A DNA stretch of 64,000 bases from Candidatus Fervidifonticultor octavus (GCA_031459655.1 JAVKID010000001.1:893-64892), one strand, 5' to 3'; positions 1 through 9,571 are shown, counted from the stretch's first letter. Numbers and translations are program-made. The notes: a model not told the origin generated them from the letters alone.

Positions 1-215
1 TTCGCTGGATCCACCAGGTCCGGAGTGGAGAAGTCGTAATCGGTCTGAAGGCTCGAGGGGGAGAAGGAGATCTCCTCGACCTCGCAATCAAGGCGGCCGA
101 GCCGCTGTGCGACCCATCGCTGTGTAGATGTCTCGCCGTCCGCCGAGGCCTGCAGGATCTCCTGCAGCGCGGCGATGCAGGCCGCACGGTCGGGGACGAC
201 AGGTCGGGGCGCCAC
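1..215 (-). CDS. Hypothetical protein, N-terminal 71 codons only; gene runs off the window start. GTG start at 215, preceded by an in-frame TAA
   Basis: Minus-strand frame reads VAPRPVVPDRAACIAALQEILQASADGETSTQRWVAQRLGRLDCEVEEISFSPSSLQTDYDFSTPDLVDPA with a protein-like composition and an in-frame stop just upstream of the GTG. Family not recognised; the N-terminus is vaguely M20/amidase-like. Confidence 0.4.
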   Translation of the reverse strand, partial: MAPRPVVPDRAACIAALQEILQASADGETSTQRWVAQRLGRLDCEVEEISFSPSSLQTDYDFSTPDLVDPA

Positions 216-248
216 CGGATGGTCTTCAGGTATGCGCGTGATATGTTA

Positions 249-277
249 ATGATATCTCAGATGGCGCCCGTTGTCAA
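249..277 (-). promoter_or_regulatory. Sigma70-like promoter on the minus strand: TTGACA (272-277) -17 nt- TATCAT (249-254), for the partial gene at 1-215
   Basis: An AT-rich island in a 70% GC background. The -35 is an exact consensus match, the spacer is 17 nt, the -10 matches 5/6, and it sits about 35 nt upstream of the GTG start. Confidence 0.4.
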
Positions 278-292
278 CCCCCGCCCCCGGCG

Positions 293-1606
293 TCAGGGCG
301 GCAGGCACGCCGCCTCCATCTCCCTCCGGACGCGCAGCGTCGGATCTGCGGGGTCTATCGCGACATCCTCGTATCCGACGATCCGACCCGCCCGCACGTC
401 CCGCACCAGCCGCACGCCGTGGGCCAGCCCGATCGGCAGCATCCCCGCCCGCACCGATTCCTCCGCCCGCCGCAGCACACCGTAGACCGTGTAGCCCCCC
501 TCCCCGTCGAGTCGCTCCCCGGCGCGCAGGTCGCGCTTGGCGGCGGCCACCACGTCGCCCTGGCACGCGACCGGAGCGCCGGTCGGCTCGCCGAGCAACC
601 CCACGCGCAGCACGCTGACGGACAGTTCCAGCCCGACCAGGTGATACGGCCGGTACAGCGCCGCGAAGCGGCCGGACTCATCGGTGACCAGTCCGTACTC
701 GGCGAAGCAGCGCCTCACATAGTCGCCGGGTGCCTCGAACGTCACATAGACCCCCCACCGCAGATCGCCCTCCACCTGGCGGCCGTCACGGTAGAGACTG
801 GAGACGACCTCCACCGTGCCGGCATGCGCCAGCGTCCCTCCCGCCTGACGCGGTCGGCACACCTGGGGCAGGTCGCGGATCCCCGCTGGGGGGAACCCCA
901 GGCCCTCCGGCTGCGGGACCAGGCCCGTGGCGTTGGCGACCGCGGCCATCTCGATGGCGGACTTCGTCCCGTCCAGGAACGAGTTGAACATCCGGGGGTT
1001 CATCCCGCCGCTGGCGGCCTGCTCGGCTGTGAGGCCGTAGTGCTCCCAGACGGTGTCGGGCGTGGAGGCGTGGTAGGCCGGCAGGTACTTCGTGCCCTTG
1101 CCGGCGGCGGTGACCTCGAACCCCGCGGCCCGTGCCCAGGCCACCAACTCACAGATCAGTGCCGGCTGGTCACCATAGGCCAGGCTGTAGACCACCCCGC
1201 GCTCCCGCGCTCGCCGGGCCAGCAGCGGACCCGCCAGCGCATCGGCCTCGACGTTGACCATCACGAGGTGGACGCCGGCTTCGATGGCGGTCAGGGCATG
1301 ACGGATGCCGGCGGCGGGCACACCGGTGGATTCGACGAGGACATCGAGGCCCGGAGCATGGATGAGGGCCTGCGCGTCGTCCGTGATGAAAGTTGTGCCG
1401 ATGGCCTCCTCCGGCCACCCGGCCCGCAGGAGCGCGCTCCGGGCACGGTCAGGCACGAGGTCGGCCACGCCGAGCACCTGCAGGCCGCGCAGCCGCCGCG
1501 CCTGGGCGAGGAACATGGTGGCGAACTTCCCAGCGCCGACGACGCCGACCCGGAGGGGGCGTCCGGATGCGTCGCGCTGGGTGAGGCGGTCGAGAAGGGC
1601 ATCCAT
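293..1606 (-). CDS. NAD(P)-binding oxidoreductase with a C-terminal SAF domain (COG4091-type predicted homoserine-dehydrogenase-like)
   Basis: Rossmann motif VGVVGAGKFATMF near the N-terminus. Start taken at MDALLDRL (ATG 1606), not at the longer R/P-rich N-terminal extension. C-terminal SAF-like segment (GERLDGEGGYTVYGVL...). Confidence 0.6.
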   Translation of the reverse strand: MDALLDRLTQRDASGRPLRVGVVGAGKFATMFLAQARRLRGLQVLGVADLVPDRARSALLRAGWPEEAIGTTFITDDAQALIHAPGLDVLVESTGVPAAGIRHALTAIEAGVHLVMVNVEADALAGPLLARRARERGVVYSLAYGDQPALICELVAWARAAGFEVTAAGKGTKYLPAYHASTPDTVWEHYGLTAEQAASGGMNPRMFNSFLDGTKSAIEMAAVANATGLVPQPEGLGFPPAGIRDLPQVCRPRQAGGTLAHAGTVEVVSSLYRDGRQVEGDLRWGVYVTFEAPGDYVRRCFAEYGLVTDESGRFAALYRPYHLVGLELSVSVLRVGLLGEPTGAPVACQGDVVAAAKRDLRAGERLDGEGGYTVYGVLRRAEESVRAGMLPIGLAHGVRLVRDVRAGRIVGYEDVAIDPADPTLRVRREMEAACLPP

Positions 1607-1781
1607 CGGTCCCGACTCCCGGTTTTGGGTGGACAGGTTCTCCCTGGCGCGGCCCTGCTCCCCCCAGCGGACCGCGGTCTTGATCGGCGACACGCCACCC
1701 GCCACAATAGACGCAACGCGTGGATCGACCCTGGGGTCACGCAGAGTGAAGAGGAGCCTGCGGAGAGGACGGGGCACCTGA

Positions 1782-2738
1782 GTGAACTGGAAGTACCCCG
1801 CATTCCTCTGGCTACTGCCGGCGCTGGCTGGGCTGAGCGCCCTCTCCCTGGCCGTCCTGTGGCGCAGGCAGGCGCGCGGCGCCGTGCGCTACCCCCTCTG
1901 GATCGTGGCCGAGGCCGCCTCGCACGCCGGTCCGATCCGCCGGCACCTGCCGGCCGTCTTCCTCATCCTCGCCCTGGCCGCCGCCATCCTCGGCGCCGCC
2001 GGGCCGGTGGTCCCGTGGTGGACGCCGACCGGGTGGCCGGTGGTGCTTATCATCGATGTCAGCCGCAGCATGGAAGAGCCGGACATCCCGCCCAGCCGCA
2101 TCGAGGCCACCAAGGCGGCCGCCCTGGACTTCGTGGCGCGGCTCCCGCGCGCGACGAGGGCGGCGCTGGTCACGTTCGGGAACTATGCGACCGTCGTGGT
2201 GCCCCTCACAGCCGATCGGGCGAGGATGCAGGAGGCGATCCGGGGCATCACCACGCAACTGCGCACGCAACTTGGCAACGGTCTGGTGGAAGGGGTCCGC
2301 GCGGTGGCGGGCGAGGGCGGCTCCTCCCCAGGGCCGAATGCGGCGCCGGGAAGCGGAACTCGGGCGATCGCCATCCTCCTGTCGGACGGCCGCGCGAGCG
2401 ACGGGATTCCACCCCTGGAGGCTGCGGAGGAAGCGAGGCGCCGGGGCGTCCGGGTCTACACGGTCGGCGTCGGGACGCTGCAGGACCCGTCGAACTTCCG
2501 CAGCGGCTACTGGGGGGTGCTGGACGAGCCGACGCTGCGGGCGATCGCGGCCGAGACGGGAGGGCAGTACTTCCACGCCGCCGAGGCCGGGCGGCTGCGG
2601 GAGATTTACCGCGACCTGGCCGGGATGGTGGGATGGGAGCGGCGACCGACCGAGGTCTCGGCCGTCGCGGGCGGGATGGCGATGGCCCTCCTGGTGGTCT
2701 CGGTCGTACTGCGATTCCTGCTCTTCCCGATGGGGTAG
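1782..2738 (+). CDS. VWA domain-containing membrane protein (BatA-like)
   Basis: Two N-terminal TM helices, then a von Willebrand A fold with a MIDAS-like DVSRSM motif (LIIDVSRSMEE), and a C-terminal TM. GTG start. Confidence 0.7.
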   Translation: MNWKYPAFLWLLPALAGLSALSLAVLWRRQARGAVRYPLWIVAEAASHAGPIRRHLPAVFLILALAAAILGAAGPVVPWWTPTGWPVVLIIDVSRSMEEPDIPPSRIEATKAAALDFVARLPRATRAALVTFGNYATVVVPLTADRARMQEAIRGITTQLRTQLGNGLVEGVRAVAGEGGSSPGPNAAPGSGTRAIAILLSDGRASDGIPPLEAAEEARRRGVRVYTVGVGTLQDPSNFRSGYWGVLDEPTLRAIAAETGGQYFHAAEAGRLREIYRDLAGMVGWERRPTEVSAVAGGMAMALLVVSVVLRFLLFPMG

Positions 2739-2743
2739 ACGGC

Positions 2744-2920
2744 ATGCTATGTTCGACGCGGCCGAGGCTTTGCTGCACGAAGGAGGCCTTCGGCAAGCGG
2801 ATCGAAGGTAACGACGGTGTCTACGCCCGCGTGACGGCGGAAGACTTGGAGACCATGCTCCGGCAGGCCAGGGAGGTCCTGCTGGCAGCCCGACCTCACC
2901 TTCGGTCCGGCCGGCGATGA
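2744..2920 (+). CDS. Small hypothetical ORF (58 codons) whose stop overlaps the XPB start (ATGA)
   Basis: The frame reads ...KEAFGKRIEGNDGVYARVTAEDLETMLRQAREVLLAARPHLRSGRR. The second half is protein-like, and it ends TGA overlapping ATG 2917 of the helicase. The N-terminus and the true start are uncertain. Confidence 0.25.
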   Translation: MLCSTRPRLCCTKEAFGKRIEGNDGVYARVTAEDLETMLRQAREVLLAARPHLRSGRR

Positions 2921-4392
2921 CCCCCTCCGCCCGCCTCCGCTTCGACCGCGGCTCCCTCCGCCTGGACGCCCCCCGGCAGACGCGCGTCCCGCCCTCTCTC
3001 ATCTGGGACAGCCGCGTGGGCGCCTGGCGGACGGAAGCGCTCCACTACCAGCAGGTCCGCGAAGAGGCCGCGCGGTACCACCTTGCCCTGACCGACGAGG
3101 CCGAGCGCTACTTCGACTGTCCGCCGCTCTCCGTGGCCCTCCCCCCGCTGCGCCCGGACCAGCAGGCAGCCGTCCTGGCCTGGGAACGGGCGGGCTGCCG
3201 GGGCGTGATCGTCAAGCCTACCGGCACCGGGAAGACCGAGATCGCCCTGGCCATCATCGCCCGCCACCGGGTCCCGGCGATCGTCGTCGTGCCCCTGCGG
3301 GATCTGATGTACCAGTGGCAGCGGCGCATCCGGCAGGGGTTGGGGGCAGACGCCGGCATCCTCGGCGACGGCCGGCGCGAGGTCTGGCCGATCACCGTGA
3401 CCACCTACGACAGCGCCTATATCCACATGAAGGAGATCGGCAACCGGTTCCGCCTGATCGTCTACGACGAGGCGCACCACCTGCCGGCGCCCACGCTGCG
3501 GGAGAGCGCGCTGGACTGCCTGGCGCCCATGCGCCTCGGGCTCACCGCCACGCCCTGGCGGGCCGACGGGGCCGACCGGTTGCTGGAGGATCTCATCGGG
3601 CCGGTCGTCTACCAGGAGCAGATCTCCCAGGCACGGGGCAAGACGCTGGCCACCTACAGTCTCATCCGCGTGCCGGTCCATCTCGGCGAGGAGGAGCAGG
3701 CCGAGTTCGACGCCCTGTCGCGGCGCATCCGCGCCTACGTGGCCCGCCGGCGCCGCGCAGGCCGTCCGGCAGAGGCGGACGGCCCGAGGCCGATGGGGGC
3801 GGGAAGGGACCGGAGGCTCACTGCGGGCTTCGACTGGACGCGGGATCTGGCCATGCATGCCCGCACCGATCCTGAGGCCCGGGCGATCCTGCGGGCCTAC
3901 CGGCGGAAGCTTGCCATCACCCACCGCTCCGCAGAGAAACTCCGCGTGGTCGAGGACATCCTGCGTCTGCATCCGGACGATCAGGTGGTGATCTTCACCG
4001 CCTCGAACCGGATGGCGCTCGACGTCTCGGCGCGCTTTCTCATCCCGGCTTTGACCTCGCATTCCGACAAGCAGGAGCGCACCCGCGTCCTCGACCTCTT
4101 CGCCCTGGGGAGGTTTCGGGCCCTGGTGGCCTGCGAGGTGCTCAACGAGGGGTGGGACGCGCCCGCCGTCAAGGTCGGGGTGGTGCTCGGGGGAGAGAAG
4201 GGGACCAGGGAGGCGATCCAGCGCATCGGCCGTCTGCTCCGGAAGAGCGGGGACCGCACCGCGCGCCTCTACGAGGTGGTGGTCCAGGAGTCCCCCGATC
4301 TGGCCCGGGCGCGGCGACGGGGCCGCACCGATGCTTACCAGACCGCAACGCGTCTATCACTGGATCAGGCCCGGCAGGTCGATCTCTTCTGA
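2917..4392 (+). CDS. XPB/Ssl2(ERCC3)-like superfamily-2 DNA helicase
   Basis: Walker A VKPTGTGKTEIA, DEAH box (IVYDEAHHL), helicase C motifs, and an XPB-type damage-recognition-like N-terminus. Followed by a Bax1/DUF790 gene, as in archaeal XPB-Bax1 pairs. Confidence 0.8.
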   Translation: MTPSARLRFDRGSLRLDAPRQTRVPPSLIWDSRVGAWRTEALHYQQVREEAARYHLALTDEAERYFDCPPLSVALPPLRPDQQAAVLAWERAGCRGVIVKPTGTGKTEIALAIIARHRVPAIVVVPLRDLMYQWQRRIRQGLGADAGILGDGRREVWPITVTTYDSAYIHMKEIGNRFRLIVYDEAHHLPAPTLRESALDCLAPMRLGLTATPWRADGADRLLEDLIGPVVYQEQISQARGKTLATYSLIRVPVHLGEEEQAEFDALSRRIRAYVARRRRAGRPAEADGPRPMGAGRDRRLTAGFDWTRDLAMHARTDPEARAILRAYRRKLAITHRSAEKLRVVEDILRLHPDDQVVIFTASNRMALDVSARFLIPALTSHSDKQERTRVLDLFALGRFRALVACEVLNEGWDAPAVKVGVVLGGEKGTREAIQRIGRLLRKSGDRTARLYEVVVQESPDLARARRRGRTDAYQTATRLSLDQARQVDLF

Positions 4393-5580
4393 CCGGCTGG
4401 ACGACGCCTGCCTGCCGCACCTGGCCCGGGCGGTCGCCGTCTACCGGCGGATGGCCGGCCGAACCCGCGGCGAGGTGCGCAATGCGGCGCGGATGGCCCT
4501 GGGCCGGTTGCGGCCCGACCGGGTCGAGGCGATCGTCAAACTCCTCGACGACGTCGCGACCTACGAATGGCCCCGCGGCGGCCGGCAGGCGGAACGGCGG
4601 CTGCGGGTGTTCGAGGCGGCCGCGCGGGCGCATCCCCTGGTGGATCCCGGGCGCGCCCAGGCGCTCCTCCGCGAGGCATTGGGCGCCGTTTGGGCCGGGG
4701 ACCAGGGGCGCGGGGCGCCGGGGGCGCCGCCGCGTCTCGACGAGGCCGTGCCCGCCCTCTATGCGGACTACCCGGAGTTCCACCGCCTCCGCGCCTTTCC
4801 CGCGGACTACTCCGCAGACGCCCTGCGGGCCGACTACGACCTGGCCCAGGCCCAGGCGCTGCTCTACGATGCGATCCGCGTCACCGTGGAGGCGACCGGC
4901 GACTTCAAGCACATCGTGCGCTATGCGCGGCTGGCCCGCCTGCTGCACCGCATCCAGCGGCTGCGCGGAGGAGGGTACCGGTTGGTCTTTGACGGGCCGA
5001 ACTCGGTGCTGCGGCAACCCACGCCTACGGGGTGGACTTCGCCAGGTTCCTGGCGGCGCTCGTCCAGGCCCGGGGCTGGACGTTGACCGCGGAGGTCGTG
5101 CTGAGGCGGGGATGGCGGCCGGCGACGTATGTCCTCTCGGACGCCGACGGACTCCGCTCGCGGGTGCCCGCGCCGGCGCTCTTCGACTCCAGGCTGGAGG
5201 AGACGTTCGCGCGCTTGTTCGGGCCGCACCGCGACGGCTGGCGGCTGTCGCGCGAGGCTGTGATCCTCGAGGCCGGCGAGGGGCTGCTGGTCCCCGACTT
5301 CGTCTTCACGCACGACGACGGCACCGAAGTGGCGTTGGAGATTGTCGGCTATTGGACGCCGGACTATCTGGCGACGAAGTTCGCCAAGCTGGGCGGGGTC
5401 CGGACTCCCCACCTGATGGTGGCGGTGCGCAAGTCGCTCGCCCTGCGCGCCGGGAGCCTGCCTGCGACGGTCCTGCCCTTTGCCAGCGGGATCCTGCTGC
5501 GGGACCTGATGCCCAGGCTGGAGGCCTTCCGGTCCGGGGCGCCTACCAGACCATCGGCGAGCCGGCCGTCGGCTCGATGA
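4331..5580 (+). pseudogene. Bax1-like nuclease (DUF790) partner of XPB, split by a frameshift near 4990-5035 into 4331-5086 and 5032-5580
   Basis: The N-terminal frame (MLTRPQRVYHW...GGGYRLVFDGP) and the C-terminal frame (YGVDFARFLAAL...LVPDFVFTHDDGTEVALEIVGYW, a PD-(D/E)XK-like nuclease core) sit in different frames and together make a Bax1-length protein (~415 aa). The start overlaps the XPB 3' end. Confidence 0.6.
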
Positions 5581-6955
5581 CCCGGACGTCCGGCACCAGG
5601 GCCTTCCACATCGCCGCCTGCTCCGTGTGGATCGGCACCAGGATCTCCGGCCGCAGCCGCCGGACCATCCGAACCAGATCCGCCTGCCCCGCGTGACCCG
5701 ACGCGTGGCTGACGACCCGCCGCTGCACGCCCAGTCGGTCCAGCCAGTTGTCCAACCGCCACCGGTCGAAGACCTGCTCTTCGTCGTGCGGCTCGCTGGC
5801 CGAGGAGACATACAGCGCATCGGCGCCGACGTGGAGGTCGATCAGGTTCAGGATGTCCCAGAACGACAGGGCCAGGATCAACCGGGACGCCATCGGCCGC
5901 AGGTCCTCCGGCGACCGCGCGGTCGGCCAGCGGAGCACCCGACGCTCCCAGGTGGCGTAGTCCTTCTCACTGTAGGTGCCACTCTTCTTGCGTTCCTTGA
6001 GGATCAGCATGGGCTCGGCGCGGGGGTCGGGCACGAGCGGGTGGAGGCCGCGCAGGCGGTCGAGCAGGAAGGCGTCCTGCGGGAGGACGACGAGAACGCG
6101 TCCGGTCTCCTGCGCAATGCGCAGGAACGTCGCGAGCCGGTAGAGGTCGCGGGGCGCGAAGTCGGCGATCACCGGCCCGCGTGTCTCGCGGACGGCCGCC
6201 AGGCACTCGGCGAAGACGTCCTGCTCGGTGCGCCGCACGGTCTCGTCCAGGCGCGTGCCCTCGGCCAGCAACATCCAGACGCCCTCGGCCGCCGCCGCCT
6301 CGAGCATGGCCTCGCTGAGGTGTGCGTCCGGGCCGTGGAAGCGCAGGTCGCCGGTGTAGAGGATGGTGCCGCGCGAGGTGCGCAGCAGGAACGCGACGCA
6401 GCCGAGCATCGAGTGGTCGACCGGCAGCGCACGGCAGGAGAGCCCGCCGACGTTGAACTCGCCTTCGACCTCGAGGAAGGGCCGCGGGGTCGCCACGCCC
6501 CTGTCGTCGAAGGCGGGCCGGCGCTTGAAGTTGACGATCTCGGTCTCGAAGTCGCGGGCGCGGCTCTCCTGCATCGCCTGCAGGGTGCGGAGGCACAGCG
6601 GCGAGCAGACCGTCGGGACCCGCTCGTCCAGGAAGCCGATGTGCCCGGCGTGGTCGAGGTGCGCGTGCGTGAGCAGGACCGCCTGCGGGAGCGGTTCGGT
6701 GTGGACCGGCAGCCCGTGGTCGCCGATCGCCAGCAGGTCGCGGCGGTAGAGGCCCGGGACCGCAGGCAAGACGCCGGTGACGAGCAGGTCGGTCAGGCCG
6801 GCCGCCGTGCGCGGCTTGAGGTACTCCTCGAAGTAGCGCTTGCGGCGCGCGTAGGAGATCCCGAAGTCCAGGAAGACGCAGGCCTCGCCGTCCTCCAGGA
6901 GGATCTTGTTGCCGCCGATCTCGCCGGCGCCGCCGAACACCGTGAGGCGGAGCAT
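5543..6955 (-). CDS. MBL-fold metallo-hydrolase of the beta-CASP type (RNase J-like / RNA-metabolising)
   Basis: HxHxDH motif (THAHLDHAGHIGFL), a further histidine motif (VSHASGH) and a beta-CASP-like C-terminal region. Start at MLRLTVFGGAGEIGGN (ATG 6955); the upstream R-rich extension was rejected. Confidence 0.7.
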   Translation of the reverse strand: MLRLTVFGGAGEIGGNKILLEDGEACVFLDFGISYARRKRYFEEYLKPRTAAGLTDLLVTGVLPAVPGLYRRDLLAIGDHGLPVHTEPLPQAVLLTHAHLDHAGHIGFLDERVPTVCSPLCLRTLQAMQESRARDFETEIVNFKRRPAFDDRGVATPRPFLEVEGEFNVGGLSCRALPVDHSMLGCVAFLLRTSRGTILYTGDLRFHGPDAHLSEAMLEAAAAEGVWMLLAEGTRLDETVRRTEQDVFAECLAAVRETRGPVIADFAPRDLYRLATFLRIAQETGRVLVVLPQDAFLLDRLRGLHPLVPDPRAEPMLILKERKKSGTYSEKDYATWERRVLRWPTARSPEDLRPMASRLILALSFWDILNLIDLHVGADALYVSSASEPHDEEQVFDRWRLDNWLDRLGVQRRVVSHASGHAGQADLVRMVRRLRPEILVPIHTEQAAMWKALVPDVRVIEPTAGSPMVW

Positions 6956-7016
6956 GACACTACTGTAGGGGGAAACCCGGGCGGCTGGTAGCCATGGGGT
7001 GCGCCCGACGGGCCGG

Positions 7017-8366
7017 CTACCTGAGGTAGTCCAGGTGCGGCGCCAGGCGGCGCCGGAACTCCTCCGCCATGCGCCGCGCGACCTCGGCCGAGGGCACCAG
7101 CGGGTGTCGGGCCAGCGCCGCGACCGCGCCGGCCCATGACCCCTCCAGGGCTGCCTCGACGGTGGCGCGTTCGTAGGCCTTGACCTGCAGCACCAGGTCA
7201 CGTACCTGCGCCGGCAGCCGGCCCATCCGCCGCGGCCGGACTCCACCGGTATCGACGCGGCAGGGGACTTCCACCACGTCGTCCGCGGCGAGATCGTCGA
7301 TGGCGCGGCCGTTCGTCGTGTTCACGATCAGTTCATGGCGTGAGGGGGTCACCATCGCCTCGATGACGCCCAGCGCCGCGCGGGCGTAGCCGCCCTCGAC
7401 CCGCCCGCCCATCATGGCGAGATCGCGGGCCTGCCCGGTCTCGGTCGCCATGTAGGACGACCGCCGCGCGAACACCGCGGCCTCGTAGTGCGGGAGGGGA
7501 TCCTCACCGCGGGCCGCCGCCTGCAGCACCGCTTCCCGCAGCTGCGAGGCCACATCGGCCACGGCCTGGCCGCGCGTCTTGGGGGCGGCGCGCAGGCGCC
7601 TGACGACCTCCTGGTGGTGGTAGTAGTAGTGCAGGTACTCGTTGGGCAACAGGCCGAGGCGCCTGATCTCGGCAGGCTCGAAGAGGGGCCGTCCGTAGAC
7701 GGTGCGGATGGCGTCGTCGCTGGCGAGGATGTCGGGCAGGCGGTCGATCCCGTCGACCCAGACGGCGCGGACCCACCCCAGGTGGTCGAGGCCCAGGTAG
7801 TCGAGGCGCAGCGCGTCTTCGGGGACGCCCAGGCGGTCGGCGATCCTGCGGCCCAGCGCAGGCGGCGCGTCACAGATGCCGATGACGCGGGCCTCGCCCG
7901 ACGCGGTCAGGGCCTGGGTGACCAGGCCCGCTGGGTTGGTGAAGTTGATCAGCCAGGCCGCGCTCGCCCGCCGGCGCAGCCGCGCGGCGATGCCGGTGAG
8001 TACGGGAATCGTCCGCAGCGCCATGGCCCATCCGCCGGGGCCGGTGGTCTCCTGCCCGACGACCCCGAACGCCAGCGGGACCTGCTCGTCCACCGTGCGG
8101 CCCGCCAGGCCGCCGACGCGGATGCTGGTGACCACGAACGACGGCCCCTCCAGCGCCTCATCGAGGGACGTGGTCGTGCGCACCGCAAACGGGCGCCCGC
8201 TGCGGGCCAGCAGCGCGTCGGCCAGCGCGCCGACGACCGCCAGGGCGTCGGCGTCGACGTCGTGGAGGATCACCTGTTCGACCGGCACCCGTGCGCGCCG
8301 CTCGATCAATCCGCCGACCAGCAGCGGGGTCCGCATCCCGCCGCCGCCGATGACCGAGAGGATCAT
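7017..8366 (-). CDS. Glycoside hydrolase family 4 (6-phospho-beta/alpha-glucosidase-like)
   Basis: N-terminal NAD-binding MILSVIGGGGMRTP, GH4 motifs (GQETTGPGG, NFTNPAG, ICDAP). Its ATG overlaps the stop of the upstream PfkB gene (ATGA). Confidence 0.8.
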   Translation of the reverse strand: MILSVIGGGGMRTPLLVGGLIERRARVPVEQVILHDVDADALAVVGALADALLARSGRPFAVRTTTSLDEALEGPSFVVTSIRVGGLAGRTVDEQVPLAFGVVGQETTGPGGWAMALRTIPVLTGIAARLRRRASAAWLINFTNPAGLVTQALTASGEARVIGICDAPPALGRRIADRLGVPEDALRLDYLGLDHLGWVRAVWVDGIDRLPDILASDDAIRTVYGRPLFEPAEIRRLGLLPNEYLHYYYHHQEVVRRLRAAPKTRGQAVADVASQLREAVLQAAARGEDPLPHYEAAVFARRSSYMATETGQARDLAMMGGRVEGGYARAALGVIEAMVTPSRHELIVNTTNGRAIDDLAADDVVEVPCRVDTGGVRPRRMGRLPAQVRDLVLQVKAYERATVEAALEGSWAGAVAALARHPLVPSAEVARRMAEEFRRRLAPHLDYLR

Positions 8367-9340
8367 GCCGGTGCCCGCTCGGCGTCCCGGAGCGCCGCAT
8401 GCAGTCGGCGCAGGGTCGGAAATGCCGTCGTGCCGCCTGGGGCCTGCGTGGACAGCGCCCCGCAGATGTTCCCGGCGCGCAGGCAGCGCGGCAGCGGCTC
8501 GCCGCGCAGCCAGGCCCACAGGAATCCGGCGTTGAAGGCGTCCCCGGCGCCGGTGGTCTCGACCGGCGCGACTTCCGGGGGGCGCACCCGAAGGGGGCGG
8601 CCCTCTTCCAGGCCGACGGCGCCCTCGGCGCCCAATTTGATGACCGGGACCGGCACCAGGTCGCCCAGGATCCTCACCGCCTGCTCGGGCGTCGCCCGCC
8701 CCGTGAACCACCGGGCATCCGGCCACGACGGCAGGAAGATCGTCACACTCGTGACGACCTCCCGGAACTGCGGGTCGCTGTAGACCGCCGGGTTCCACCC
8801 CATGTCGAGGGACGTCGTGACGCGCATGACGCGCAGCCGCCGCATTAGGTCCACGGCGGCGTCGAAGGGCGGTCGCACCCCGGCGAAGTGCACGTGGCGG
8901 ACCCGGGGGTCGGTGGCCCACTTCCAGTCGCGGAGCAGCCTGGCGTTCTCGGCCGCGCACCCGGCGAAGCTCACGAACCCGCGGTCGGCGGTCGTCGAGA
9001 ACGCCACCGAGACGGCGGTCCCCAGCCGGGGATGGGGCCTCACCAGGGAGACGTCCACCCGCTCCCGGCGCAGCCCGTCCAGCTGGAACTGCCCCAGGAT
9101 GTCGCGCCCCACATAGGCCCGCACCGCCACCTCCAGGCCGAGGCGGCGCAGCCCGACCGCCGTGATGTAGGCGCCCCCGCCCAGCGTGATGGCGAACCGG
9201 TCCTTCCGGACCTCCTCGCCGAGCGCCGGTACGCCGTCCAGGTTGAAGAAGATGAGGTCGCAGTAGATGCTGCCGACCACGACAACCCGGGGGCCGGGCG
9301 GGCGGCGACGACGGGCCTGGCGGGCGAGCCTGCCGGGCAT
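8363..9340 (-). CDS. PfkB-family carbohydrate kinase (ribokinase-like)
   Basis: VVVVGSIYCDLIF N-terminal motif and a C-terminal TGAGDAFNAGF anion-hole/ATP motif. Start at MPGRLARQ (ATG 9340); the ORF upstream of that is an extension in a different context. Confidence 0.75.
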   Translation of the reverse strand: MPGRLARQARRRRPPGPRVVVVGSIYCDLIFFNLDGVPALGEEVRKDRFAITLGGGAYITAVGLRRLGLEVAVRAYVGRDILGQFQLDGLRRERVDVSLVRPHPRLGTAVSVAFSTTADRGFVSFAGCAAENARLLRDWKWATDPRVRHVHFAGVRPPFDAAVDLMRRLRVMRVTTSLDMGWNPAVYSDPQFREVVTSVTIFLPSWPDARWFTGRATPEQAVRILGDLVPVPVIKLGAEGAVGLEEGRPLRVRPPEVAPVETTGAGDAFNAGFLWAWLRGEPLPRCLRAGNICGALSTQAPGGTTAFPTLRRLHAALRDAERAPA

Positions 9341-9351
9341 GATCCTCCTCC

Positions 9352-9531
9352 TCAGAGCGCAAGACCCAGCAACCGGGCGGCGTTGCCCGCGATGATCATC
9401 CGCAGGGCCTCCTCGCCGGCGCCGATCTCGCAGCACGCCTGGTACTGCACCTCGAGGTAGCGCCGGGCGAATCCCCGCAGGAACCACGAAGAATCCGTCC
9501 CGAAGATGATCCGACGCGGGGCGATCCCCAT
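9352..9531 (-). pseudogene. Remnant: C-terminal 59 codons of an amidohydrolase-2 (TIM-barrel metal-dependent hydrolase) gene
   Basis: MGIAPRRIIFGTDSSWFLRGFARRYLEVQYQACCEIGAGEEALRMIIAGNAARLLGLAL matches the characteristic C-terminus of PF04909-type amidohydrolases (...iiFGTDsp ... NAarllgl). There is an in-frame stop 33 nt upstream and no N-terminal part anywhere nearby. Confidence 0.45.
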
Positions 9532-9542
9532 AGATTCCCGGC

Positions 9543-9571
9543 TTCGACTTCGCCACCTCCTGCCCTATACT
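9543..9571 (+). promoter_or_regulatory. Candidate promoter TTCGAC -17- TATACT upstream of the FdhF/YdeP gene
   Basis: Hexamers are spaced 17 nt apart, about 25 nt before ATG 9597, with a GGGGGG Shine-Dalgarno in between. Confidence 0.3.

Noticed and set aside
419-2920. 833-aa plus-strand ORF
   Set aside because: It is R/P/G/A-rich low-complexity translation, lies antisense to the well-supported SAF oxidoreductase, and is out of frame through the VWA gene. This is typical of GC-driven open frames. Only its last 58 codons are kept, as a tentative small ORF.
7017-9362. Single 781-aa ORF
   Set aside because: It is really the GH4 gene (7017-8366) with an upstream out-of-frame read-through across the PfkB gene. 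An ATGA overlap at 8363-8366 separates the two true genes.
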